A model generated the notes under the pieces. The model had not been told where the DNA came from. It was given only the letters and a program-made list of their open reading frames with translations, and made no database searches. This document shows positions 48,470 to 60,029 of a stretch of DNA of 64,000 nt, in pieces (positions within the stretch are counted from its first letter, which is position 1; every line of letters begins with the position of its first letter). The DNA comes from Negaprion brevirostris. Lineage: Eukaryota. Both the position numbers and the translations under genes were made by a program. Where the stretch lies: assembly GCA_030324005.1 (NCBI GenBank), contig JARDVH010000133.1:23209825-23273824 (forward strand), written 5' to 3'.

Positions 48470-48737
48470 TATAGAATCATTACAATATAGAAAGAGGCTG
48501 TTCGGCCCATCAAGCAAAAACCAACAATAATCCCACCCAGGCCCTATCCCTGTTATCCCATATATTTACCCTGCTAATGCCCCTGACACCAAGGAGCAAT
48601 TTAGCATGGCCAATCCACCTCATCTTTCGAGGAAACCTACGCAGCCACAGGGAGAACATGCAAACAGTAACCCAAGGTGGGAATTGACCATGGGTCCCTG
48701 GCACTGTGAGATAGCAGTGCTAACCACTGTTGCGCCC
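48470..48737 (-). mobile_element. HE1-type V-SINE, type A tail, internally deleted
   Basis: ACAATAATCCCACCCAGGCCCTATCCCTG...GCAGTGCTAACCACTG. Confidence 0.8.
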
Positions 48738-49404
48738 TTATAACTGGTCATCATCATGTCTAACCAAATAGACAAAGACCTACGTTTTACTGCAAGCTTC
48801 AGGAGCTCGACATTGGGCTGAAAGATGGGTCTTGAGTCAGCAGCAGACCCTACTGGATGACTTTACCTCATGCAGCTTCCTAGTTGACTATCTATAGACT
48901 CACTGCCCAATTAAAGTCAGTGGGCAGGCTCCTGATGCTACTGGCCCAGAGGGCTAAAAGCTCTGACACCTCAATAATACCACAGAGAGGTGGACACAGC
49001 CGAAGCAGCCAAAGATCTTGAGGGTGCCTCAAAATGGTCAGGTACGCAAAATTAAAATTCAGGAGGTGGAGGGCATCAGATCCTGCAAGACGAAAGAGAA
49101 ATGCTTCGTAGAAGGGCAAAATCTGTGGGACGATTGCGTGCCCTCCTCCTGCCCCAAATCAGCCAATATTCTGGTATGCCACCTCAAGAAGGCCACCTCC
49201 ATGACATTGGCAGCCATCACATGGTGGGCAAGCCATCACACCATCAACAAAATACCAGTAATCCTGTAAAATCAAAGACTTCTTTATGCAAAAGGCTACA
49301 CGCTCTGTGGGAAACATTCCTGGTGGCTGAACAGTGATCAGGAGCATCCCAACACTATTTTACCTGCCCTCCTCCCTTCTGTCCCATTATCCAGCAGCTG
49401 GTAA

Positions 49405-50590
49405 AAAGCAATTCAGAGAAGGTTCACCAGACTACGAAGAATAAACGGGTTGTCTTATGAGGAAAGGTTGGAGAGGTTAGGTTTGTATCCACTAGAATTT
49501 ATAACAGTGAGAGATTTGATCAAAACCTTAAGGTATTGACAGGGTGGATGCGGAGAGGATGTTTCCTCTTGTCAGAGAATCTAGAAGTAGGGGTCACTGT
49601 TCAAAAATAAGTGATCACTCATTTGAGACAGAAATGAGAGAGTTTATTTCTTTCAAGAGGGTCCTGAGTCTCCGGAACCCTCTTCCTCAATGGCAGTGGA
49701 AGCAGAGTGTATGAATATTTATAAGGCAGAGCTAGATGAGATTGTTGATTACTAAGGGGGTGACAGGTTATGTGGAGAAGGCAACANNNNNNNNNNNNNN
49801 NNNNNNNNNNNNNNNNNNNNNNNNNNNNNNNNNNNNNNNNNNNNNNNNNNNNNNNNNNNNNNNNNNNNNNNNNNNNNNNNNNNNNNNNNNNNNNNNNNNN
49901 NNNNNNNNNNNNNNNNNNNNNNNNNNNNNNNNNNNNNNNNNNNNNNNNNNNNNNNNNNNNNNNNNNNNNNNNNNNNNNNNNNNNNNNNNNNNNNNNNNNN
50001 NNNNNNNNNNNNNNNNNNNNNNNNNNNNNNNNNNNNNNNNNNNNNNNNNNNNNNNNNNNNNNNNNNNNNNNNNNNNNNNNNNNNNNNNNNNNNNNNNNNN
50101 NNNNNNNNNNNNNNNNNNNNNNNNNNNNNNNNNNNNNNNNNNNNNNNNNNNNNNNNNNNNNNNNNNNNNNNNNNNNNNNNNNNNNNNNNNNNNNNNNNNN
50201 NNNNNNNNNNNNNNNNNNNNNNNNNNNNNNNNNNNNNNNNNNNNNNNNNNNNNNNNNNNNNNNNNNNNNNNNNNNNNNNNNNNNNNNNNNNNNNNNNNNN
50301 NNNNNNNNNNNNNNNNNNNNNNNNNNNNNNNNNNNNNNNNNNNNNNNNNNNNNNNNNNNNNNNNNNNNNNNCATGATCTTATTGAATGGCAGGGCAGGCT
50401 CGAAGGGCTAGATGGCCTACTCCTGCTCCTATTTCTTATGTTCTTAACCCCAATGGGAGTCAAGGATTATGGGAGACAGACAGGAACGTGGAGTGAGGCC
50501 ACAATCAGATCAGCCATGATCTTACTGAACGGCTGAGCAGCTCGCAGGGTCAAAGGCCTTCTCCTGCTTCTATGTTTCTATGTTCCTAAT
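49405..50590 (+). mobile_element. CR1 3' region with a younger CR1 nested across a 585-N gap
   Basis: AIQRRFTRL and GLSYEERL.RLGLY.LEF; two successive 3' tails ending near 50445 and 50585. Confidence 0.8.
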
Positions 50591-52784
50591 TGGTGGTGAG
50601 TTACCTTCTTGAACCACTGCAGTCCATGTGATGCAGGTACACCCACAGTACTTTTAGAGAAGGGTTCCAAGATTTTGACTCAGCCATCGGTGAAGGAACG
50701 GTAATAATCGTTACAAGTCAGGGTGGCATGGGACTTGGAGGGGAACTTGCAGATCACAGTATCCCCAATGCATCTGCTGCCCTTGTCCTTCTAGATGGCA
50801 GAGATCATGGGTTTGGTGAAGCTTCATTAACGTGGGAACTATAATACTAGAAATTTATACTGATTGTGAATGGCAAATTACAGGTTGCAACACAGTAATT
50901 AGAAGTACAAAAAAAACATATTTTGGGGGTGGTTACTTTATAGATGTGGTGTTGGTTTGAAACGGATTCACATCATGTCTGGGAGAGTACTCTTCTCAAA
51001 AGGTACAGTTTTAAAGACTGCACTTTACAAATCTATAATTAAATCTACGTTGATTGAATCTCTGTAACTATTTCATTCTGCTCAAGTTTTTCTGAAAGGC
51101 TGTTTAAATATTATATCATTACTTGGTTAGCTGGTGGTGCTCTTGCATATTAATTGGCAAAAACAAACATTTCCATTTAACTTATAGATTTTGGAAAAAA
51201 CCCATGAAGAATAAGTAACCTTTCAATAATATCACACTGATATCATTTCATTAGCTGCACAATATACCCTATGTTTCTCCATATGGCAAGTGAATGAATC
51301 CAACTGTACCAAAGCGGAGAGGCGCCTCCAGTTCACCAAAATAAATTATTGGCTTCAAAGAAAAGCAGAGTAAATAATATATAGACAAATCATTCTTAAA
51401 CATTCTAATACACAGTTCAACGTGATATTGACAAAGTATTAGTGGTAAGGTATCTGCTTGCCTGGAGTTAGTGGGCAAAAGAACAGGATTATTATAAAAA
51501 AAGGACAACAAAAAATAAAATTAATGGATTTTTAAGACGAGGAAATAGTATCTGCTACTCCATAATAGTTAAATGCAACACAATTAAATTACATTTTGAT
51601 CATATATTTTACCGATCTAGTTTTTAAAAAATTATAAGAAATACTGACTGGAATATTTCTACTGTTACTTATACTCAGAAATACTGCCAATTTTTATTTA
51701 AACCAAACATTTTGTCTGAACAGATAAAATACATCTATATCCTAACAAACAGTACTGTGATCTGTGTGTCAGTTTATACATTAAACATTAAAGATCTTTC
51801 TTAACAACAAGACTGTTGCAAATATTCAACTGAGAACATACACTGTATGGGCTGGGAAGTGGAGAAATAACCACTCCTAGAGAGAAATTAACAGCACTGG
51901 TCTCAAGTTGCCCTTAAAAGCAGCTTTCAACAGTAAGTCGCTCTATGAGGAACTTATACGCCTATCATTCATTTTAAATGGTTTGGGAAATCAGTATTAA
52001 AGTTGCTTGATTGAATTAAACTTAATGCACAAAGGTGACCAAAATGCATAGTGTGATGAAATACCAAATTGACATAACACACACCGACTAAATTTCTAAA
52101 AGATTTTATCCCAAACAAATTTCTTCTCCTTTCTTTTCCATTTTTCTAAAGGCTGGCACGCAGACTGAGGTGAAGTTCTATCATTTCCAGCAGCTCACTG
52201 ATACCTTGTCCACGTGGTCACTATGCATGCATGAGCCAGCACCATGATTATTGGCAGTTTATTCAATCAGGGCGATTGTAACCAAGTCTAATCTTTAGTC
52301 ATGTGACATCCAAATATACACACATCCAATAAAGGGGTGTCATTTGATCACTATCAGGAGTAGTTATTTCTCCACTTTCCAGCCCTGGGAGGTTAAAATT
52401 AATCATAGCACCCCAAGAGCCAACCTGTCTAACATCAGTAAACTCAACAAATATTACAGTTCAAACCTGGGAGTTTTTCAGTCTGCTTTTCTCAATTATA
52501 CCAGGTGTTTAATTAAATGCACAATATTAAAATAGCACATCCTGCCCTATTATTTGGGTGTAATGTAATTGTAACTTTGAAAGTTATGTGAAATCAGTGA
52601 TCCATTCAAACTATAGAGATAGAAGCTTTCAAACTATAGAGATGTAATTAAATGGTCCAGATGAAACAAAGAGTTTTAAGTCACAATTTTATATTTTATA
52701 CTTACACACTAAATAACTTTTTCTGTTTTATTAAGTTTTTCTTTAGCTATACTGGGAGCATAAGGAACCTGTGTATTAGGGAAT

Positions 52785-53460
52785 AGAAACATAGAAAATA
52801 GGAGTAGGCCAATTGGCCCTTCGAGCCTAATCTGCAATTCATTGTGATCATGGCTGATCATCTAACTCAAAAGCCTGATCTCATCTTTTCCTCATATCCT
52901 TTGATCCCCTTTGCCCCAGCAGATATATCTAACTCCTTCTTGAAAATACTTGTTTTGGCCTCAACTACTTTCAGAGGTAGTGAATGCCACAGGTTTACCA
53001 TTCTCTGGATGGAGAAATCTCTCCTAATCTCAGTCCTAAAAGGTTTACCCATATCCTTAGACTATGACCCCTGGTTCTGGACACCCCCACCATTGGGAAC
53101 ATCCTTCCTGCAACCACAATGCCTAGTTCTGTTAGAAGGAACTGGCAAGTGGAATTTAATGTTGGCAAGTGTGAGGTGGTCCACTTTGGTAGGAATAATG
53201 GTAGGAAGGACTANNNNNNNNNNNNNNNNNNNNNNNNNNNNNNNNNNNNNNNNNNNNNNNNNNNNNNNNNNNNNNNNNNNNNNNNNNNNNNNNNNNNNNN
53301 NNNNNNNNNNNNNAGCCATGATCTTATTGAATGGCGGGGCAGGCTCGAGGGGCTAGATGGCCTACTCCTGCTCCTATTTCTTATGTAAGTTTTTTTTGGA
53401 GAGTCAGAGCAGGCTCAATGGGCTGAATGGCCTCCTTCAGCACTGCAGGGATTCAATGGT
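52785..53460. mobile_element. CR1 3' ends in opposite orientations (minus 52785-53135; plus 53140-53460)
   Basis: GKPFRTEIRR.FSIQR.VNLW.SLP on minus; WQVEFNVGKCEVVHFGR.N on plus. Confidence 0.8.
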
Positions 53461-54656
53461 GATAGTTAGCGTAACCCATAAGATAGAGAGCTAATGGACT
53501 GGAAAATGTAATTAAATGATCCAGATGAAATGAAGAGTTTTAAATCACAATAATTTTAAATAAGTAAACACATTTCCACTAAACCATCAGCAAAATACAA
53601 GTTAGGGTGAACTGAGACATGCTGCAAAATAATGAAGGTGGAATTTGTTTTTAAAGATTGAAACATATCATTTTTAATTTGCTTTATTTAATAGTTCCAA
53701 ATTTTATAAAGTTGACAGTAAAACAGCAACTAAATGACAGAATATTCATTGACACCAAGTCAGAAATACTTATTTTCACTAATTAATTAGACCTCTGACA
53801 GGCCAAAACATGGGGCTTTACAAAAAAAAGTTAGAAATGTATTTCCCCTAGTTGTGTCATTCCCTGCAGCTTTGACATGTTTTATCAGAGAGTGATAGTC
53901 TGTCCAGGCAGAAGACAAGTTTGTGACCAGGCAGAAATTGGGATATCAAACATCTCACAATTACCACCGTATCCAACAGCTTTAAGGAACGACTGAGATT
54001 GGTAACTGTCTCAATTTAATTGACTAGGGAACAATAGATATCTTTATCTCAGTAGTATTTAATAATCAGTGGCTGGAGCTGCAATTTACGAAGCATTAAG
54101 GTGTGGACACTGATGGATGATTTCTCTAACACCTCAACACTCAATTCAACTGCCTACTGGGACTAAGGAACACCTTATCTCAAAAAAGTTACAGGGGGGG
54201 CTGCTACTTAAAAAAAGTTCACATTTGATCTTATTTGGAACTGGAAATTGTCAACTTTAAGGAAGATTAATGAAATAGTTTCCAGAGCATAGGTATCTAA
54301 ATTGCTTCAGAATCAATTTTATTCCAAATTGAGTAATTATTTTAAAATGTACGGTGCAAGTAGTTGTATTTCTATATCCTGCAACATCTATCTCGCCTCT
54401 TGCTAATTTGCTGACCAGCTTTAAAGATCTGACAGCCACGCAACTTCTGCTAAGCAGCCTCCACATTAAGCAGCCTTTTGACAGCGAGCATCACTAACAC
54501 GGCGTGTGTGGAGATTCATACCATCCCACATGACAGTAAACAGAGCTCGGCAAAAGCATGTAGGGGGGCGGAGGGACTAGAGTGAATGAAATGCATTTGC
54601 AATCATTTGTAAATCCGGTGCTACAATATCTTTAGATGCAACAAAACTGTCCATAC

Positions 54657-54778
54657 CTGTCCAAATTCGCTGTTTGTTATGGGAGAGGCGTCCAAAAAAG
54701 TATCGGAACCCACAGGGAGAGTTTGAGGGGTAAAGTAACCATTGACCAGGAGCTCGTAGTATCTCAGCCGATGTTCAC
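54657..54778 (-). CDS. SETD1B: SETD1B coding exon (122 nt, not in the ORF track), [41 protein letters not shown]
   Basis: TTCTGTAG acceptor, CAG|GTATGG donor, phase 1 in and 0 out as required; matches human [24 protein letters not shown]. Confidence 0.95.
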
Positions 54779-55255
54779 CTACAGAATGGCAGGAGTATGA
54801 TGACTGCGGCGCTTACAGCCTTTAACCTTACACACACACACGCAGAGAGGTCTCCACAATAACTAGCCGATTGGATACAAGGGCAATCCCCCCCCATAGT
54901 CTGGAATCAACATATCGATCAGAACTACACGCGATTGTGATCTTCATAAAAACTAACGCGACTTTGCAAAGTTTAGACTGAAAGACAGCAACGCGAATTC
55001 CAAAGCTTTAGCCACTCATAAGCATCCAGCACCGGGATTCTCCAAATGCCCAGGTTAAGTGGATTTTACAAACGACAGCAAGTCCCTCTGCCTGTTTCCT
55101 AGCAACATTAAACAAGCTACATTTGTGTACACGTGACTCAATCGGTGTTATAGAATGAGTCAATATTACATATTTACAAGACAGTCCTTCGGGATGAAAC
55201 AAGCATAGCTTTAAATCCTAACGGGGGTGCATAGTCGGAGGGAAGCCAGTTGTTA

Positions 55256-55612
<357 letters not shown>

Positions 55613-55744
55613 TTAGTCGCTTCAACGTTTATTTGTTTACGTTTTGGAGTTACCGGGTGAAAATACTACAGTCACAAACAACACTGCTGTCAGGAAACAC
55701 CACTTAGGAGTGGGGAGAGTATTCTGAAATTGACCCCCCTTTAC

Positions 55745-55843
55745 CTTAAATTTTGGAACAGGTAAATCCAATTCTTTGCTTTTGGTCCACATGCGTCCAA
55801 GTCGAGGGTCTCTGACGGTATCAACCGGTGGAACGCCGGAATT
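55745..55843 (-). CDS. SETD1B: SETD1B coding exon (99 nt), [33 protein letters not shown]
   Basis: CTGCAG acceptor, AAG|GTAAAG donor, phase 0/0; DPR...WTK.KEL.L.VPKFK motif of the SET1 family. Confidence 0.95.
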
Positions 55844-56060
55844 CTGCAGTGGAATAAAACGACTGATGTCAATTTGTTTTGAAAAGGTGCAAAGAATGTG
55901 CGGCAAACAGCCGAACGTGTCACCGAGTGAGTGGGTTGTCAGCTTTAAGCAGGAACCACAGTGTAACTTTATTCGCTTACAACACTGTAACAATGGCAGC
56001 ATCCTGTGATAAAGACAACAGACGTGGAGTTAATGGCCACACTGCCAAAATATCACTCAC

Positions 56061-56215
56061 AGGGAGACTCAAGTGTTGGCCATCGTAGCGGTAGAGTTTG
56101 TGTTGTCCTTTCTTCAGCGCTGGGTCAATAATCAACTTATAACTTCGCCAATGGTGACTTTTTCTCTCCGTTGAACTCCCTCCTGCGTGGCTATGCTCCA
56201 TCCCATTGATCAAAC
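56061..56215 (-). CDS. SETD1B: SETD1B coding exon, [52 protein letters not shown]
   Basis: Polypyrimidine tract plus TTTGCAG acceptor, CCT|GTGAGT donor; [26 protein letters not shown] is SETD1B-type (SETD1A has WRNYKLIVDPALDPALRRP). Confidence 0.95.
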
Positions 56216-56464
56216 CTGCAAAGAAGGGGAAGGGAAGGGGAAAAAAAAAACACACAGGAAAGGTTTTCAAGCAAAACTGACAAAATGCCTGGGCTATGAA
56301 TTTTTATTTTGTCTTCCTCTGTCTCTCTCTCACAAATAGGTTTGCACATGAAATGGTGGGGGGNNNNNNNNNNNNNNNNNNNNNNNNNNNNNNNNNNNNN
56401 NNNNNNNNNNNNNNNNNNNNNNNNNNNNNNNNNNNNGAAGAGAGAGAGAGAAAAAAACACTCAC

Positions 56465-56537
56465 TTGAACTCTGTTTCTTGCCATGATCTTCGTGCTGCC
56501 TCGGTCTCTCGCCGGGTTTCAGCTCCTTGAACGACAT
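56465..56537 (-). CDS. SETD1B: SETD1B first coding exon (exon spans 56570-56465), MSFKELKPGERPRQHEDHGKKQSS
   Basis: Branch-like CTAAT plus TTTTCCAG acceptor at 56571; ATG at 56537; donor A|GTGAGT; phase 1 joins in frame to the next exon (AGT TTG ATC AAT GGG ATG GAG). Resembles the MSF..K.GE...EDHG.KQ N-terminus I recall from bird/frog SETD1B. Confidence 0.85.
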
Positions 56538-57350
56538 TGTCGTCGATTTCTGTCGGTTTGGGAGCGTGATCTGGAAAACAATTACATTTCGCTGATTAGA
56601 TTACATTGTGCGGCTGCTGCTGGCTGCCTCCTTTTTTTTTGCAAGCCAACACATATTGTGTGCTCCTGCTCAGTGTGTCTGTCCCACAATCCACCCGCCC
56701 AGGGCCACCCCAGCTAGTTTCCCATTCCCTCCGCCACATTCAAAACCTTTTCCGGACCCTGCCTTCCTCCACCACCTCCCCCCCGCCCCGGGGACCAGCG
56801 GCTCCCCGCACACACACAAAAAAACCAGAGTGAATTTTATCCCACCCCCCCTCCTGCCTGCTCCTCCACCTTGACTTACAGCGAATGTTTGAATCAGGGC
56901 GGCGAATCCATGTTAGGTTTACGCAGCCTCTCCAAACAAGACGGGCTTAGAGGGGGCCTCAAGTTTGAGGAGCCCGGCTGAGCATTAACTTCCATTTCGC
57001 CATTGCTGATTGTTTTTGTGGGTAATGTGTGGTGCGTGTTATTTTTTTTCTCTCTTTAGCAAATAGCTGGGGGGAGAGGGAATTGCGCCCGGGGTTCTCT
57101 CTGTCACACAATCGTTAACTTCCGAGTGCTTTGAATGGTTGGCCGATTTTTTTTTGTGTGGGGCTTGTTTAAAGGTTGGTTGCTAACTGGAGCCAATCAG
57201 ACAGGAGCTTGTATGAAGCTTGTGGGTGTTTTTTTTTCCGAAGCTGGATTGAAAGCTCCTTAAGGAGAGGCGAGGCTCAAACTGGGCTTTTGTGTGTGTC
57301 TGTCTCTCCACTGCAGCAGCAACAACAACAGGAGCAAGAAGAGCAAGGAC
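56480..57350. promoter_or_regulatory. CpG-enriched SETD1B promoter/5' region with an NF-Y CCAAT box and a GC box
   Basis: Visibly higher CpG density than the flanks, no recognisable TEs; AGCCAATCAG at 57191-57200; CCCCGCCCC at 56781-56789. Confidence 0.6.
56880..57030 (-). other. SETD1B: Probable non-coding exon 1 (5'UTR) of SETD1B; 5' boundary/TSS not determined
   Basis: Consensus donor GCT|GTAAGT (GT at 56879-56878) in a CpG-rich region, 309 nt upstream of the exon-2 acceptor. Confidence 0.55.
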
Positions 57351-59663
57351 GGCTCTCTTCTCTCTTTTTCCTCCCTCTCTCTCCTTTTTGTCACCAAATG
57401 GAAAGATCTCTCTTCACAGTCTCAAAGCACAGTGGGTTTTCTACATTTTGCCTTTTCAGAAAACATTAAAAAAAGGACCTGATTTTAGATTCCTTTGACC
57501 ACACTGGAAGGACTGCTGACGAATTCGGATGCACTTACCTCGAAGTGCTAAAAGCCTGAAGATTATTATTATTTTGGGGGTATTATTATTTTCCTTTCGG
57601 AATGCAGCTTTTAGGGTCGAAACTAGGTCACGGCACACCCGCGCTGTCTGCAGTTACATTGACATGAAGTCTAAAGAAAATGAAGCAAAAAAAATTTTTT
57701 CAATCCCTCATGTGCTCTTTCATGCAACTTCTAAAAGCGGATTTTAAAAATGGATCGTTTGAGAGCAGTGTTTTTCAATTTGAAGATACATTGTCTGATT
57801 TTTTAATATATGTATAGGTGCGTTTTGCATTTTAGAAGATTGTACGCCAAAATCACAATTGGGTTGTTTACAGTACCAAGAATCTTTCTTTATGGTTATT
57901 TGCCTCAACTCGTTAAGACTTCCAAAATGTACACAATGGATAGAGGGCTTCCTAATTTTACTGTAGTAGTTAGGCGTTGTCCTTAATTGGAAGTGTTAAT
58001 CCCTGCTAGAATTGTTCCTTTTAATTAATGTGTTCGAATCCTTTAATATAGCCGTCCATTACAGTGATTCTGAAACTGAAGATAATTGAGACATCTATTA
58101 AAAGTAATGTCCAATTTACTAATTTTTGGTTTCGGATCTCTTATTTCCTTTAAAAGCTAAGTAATTGCGTGGGTTTCATTTCAGAAGGAAAAATCCTTTT
58201 AATATTCGGGTTCGAATCAGAAATATTTTTCTTTCTGATGGGATCTGCAAGAGGAAATCGCCAAACTTCGTATTTCAAAGTGGGCCTTGCTTCCCCAACC
58301 TCTCAAATTAACATTGACTCCTTATCCAGGACTGTCGTTGCTTTTTTTAAAAAACACTTTCTTGTATGGCATACACGTTTTCAATATTAGGAAGAAAATA
58401 TCTTTTGAGCTTCGTCTCAAAATCTAGTAGGTAGTGCGCCGACAACTGCCGTAAGTGACATTATTTTAAACCTGGATTAAAACGAAGGTCTGTACCACTC
58501 TTATTCTATTACCCGAATCCGGCGNNNNNNNNNNNNNNNNNNNNNNNNNNNNNNNNNNNNNNNNNNNNNNNNNNNNNNNNCGTGGAGTTCTCATTGAATC
58601 ATTCTTCACTGTTTACGATCTTTAAATTTACATTACATTCCTCGTTTTGTGCACAACATTTTAAAACTAAAGGTAGGTGCATTTAATTCACATTTTTTAT
58701 TTTAAAAAATGCTGTGAACGTCTCGCCTACAAGTTCTTGGTGTGACTTTTTGCGTCTTTATATACTTGTTCGCTAATTTTGTAAAAAGGTTAAAATTAGC
58801 TGCTAAATACTGAATTTATTTTAGAGGGCAATTAGGGCTGAAACCGATTTCTGAAACGAAGATATTCTTAGTATAAATGCCCGCTGTTCTGTGTTGCCAT
58901 TACCCTGGGAGCTACAAGTCATGGCAGACTGATACAAGACGATTACTCTTGTTGCTGTATATTTAGTGTCTCTGTTGTTGAGAGCTGTGGGCGGTTATGG
59001 GCTCCTGAAATAGTTTCGGATTGCACAAATAGCCCTGAGGCGTAGTGTGTTTTTGTTCTGTAGAGAGGGAGATAGATGTTCTGTACTGTATAAGGAAATC
59101 TCTGCTCGAAACAAAATGGAGCTGGTGCATTGGTATCATTGAGGCCTTTGGAGCGAATACGAGCAGAACAAACTGCTGAATAATCGCAGGCCACAGTCAG
59201 GATGCGATCAGTGAAACGTGTTTCTGTTTCGAAGAGAAGGGAGGTCGCCATCAGTGAAAGTAGAAGCTCAGAAGCGCTGGCCCCAAAACATTCACCAGGG
59301 TTTTTCCAAAAAAACCCTGCAAATGTTGGTTGTGAGAGAAGTGAATTTTTTTTATGTGTGTGTATCACGAGCCGAAATGACTCATCGAAATGAATGTTTT
59401 TCGCCGTGTGAAGGGCACTGCAATGAGGCCATTGTTTTGTCGGTGTGCCCCCGCCCCCGTGTAATGGCCAGGGCAGCTCCATCAGTCGGACAGTAATTTC
59501 ATTGCTCCACCTCCAGCAACAAAGTTCATTACTGAGCCAACACTGTGTGGCCCAGTGTCCCAGAAGCTAAAGTACACCATGATGTGCATTGTGTAATTGT
59601 CAAGTGACTCTATATCTCGCCCATTCAATTCCAGGAGGCATTTCGAGGAGTTTAGGCAATTAG

Positions 59664-59860
59664 CATATAGAACAGTACAGCACAGGAACAGGCCCTTCGG
59701 CCCCGCAGTGTTGTATCAAACATGACACCAAAGTAAACTAATCCCTTCTGCCTGCCCTTGGGCCATATGCCTCTATCCTTGCATATTCATGGGCTTATCT
59801 AAAAGCCCCTTAAATACCCCTATCACATCTGCTTGTACCACCACCCCTGGCAGTGCATCT
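59664..59860 (-). mobile_element. CR1 3' end
   Basis: ATAGAACAGTACAGCACAGGAACAGGCCCTTCGGCCC. Confidence 0.8.
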
Positions 59861-59887
59861 GAAATAAGAGTTACCAATATGGGAATA

Positions 59888-60029
59888 ACGTTTATTTATT
59901 ATTGTCACAAGTAGGCTTATATCAGGCTACTGAAGTGTGGGCTGCAGTGAAGTTGCTGTGAAAATCCCCTAGTCGGCACACTCCAGCGCCTGTTTGGGTA
60001 CCCTGAGGGAGAATTTAGCCTGGCCAATG
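59888..60029 (-). mobile_element. 5'-truncated V-SINE, tail type B
   Basis: TTTATTATTGTCACAAGTAGGCTT...GAATTTAGCCTGGCCAATG. Confidence 0.8.

Noticed and set aside
49619-50536. Long ORFs of 213-266 aa in the ORF track
   Set aside because: Mostly N-run translations bounded by CR1 sequence
54795-54870. ATGATGA box C-like motif near an exon
   Set aside because: Antisense to the host transcript, with no box D (CTGA) or terminal stem at a suitable distance
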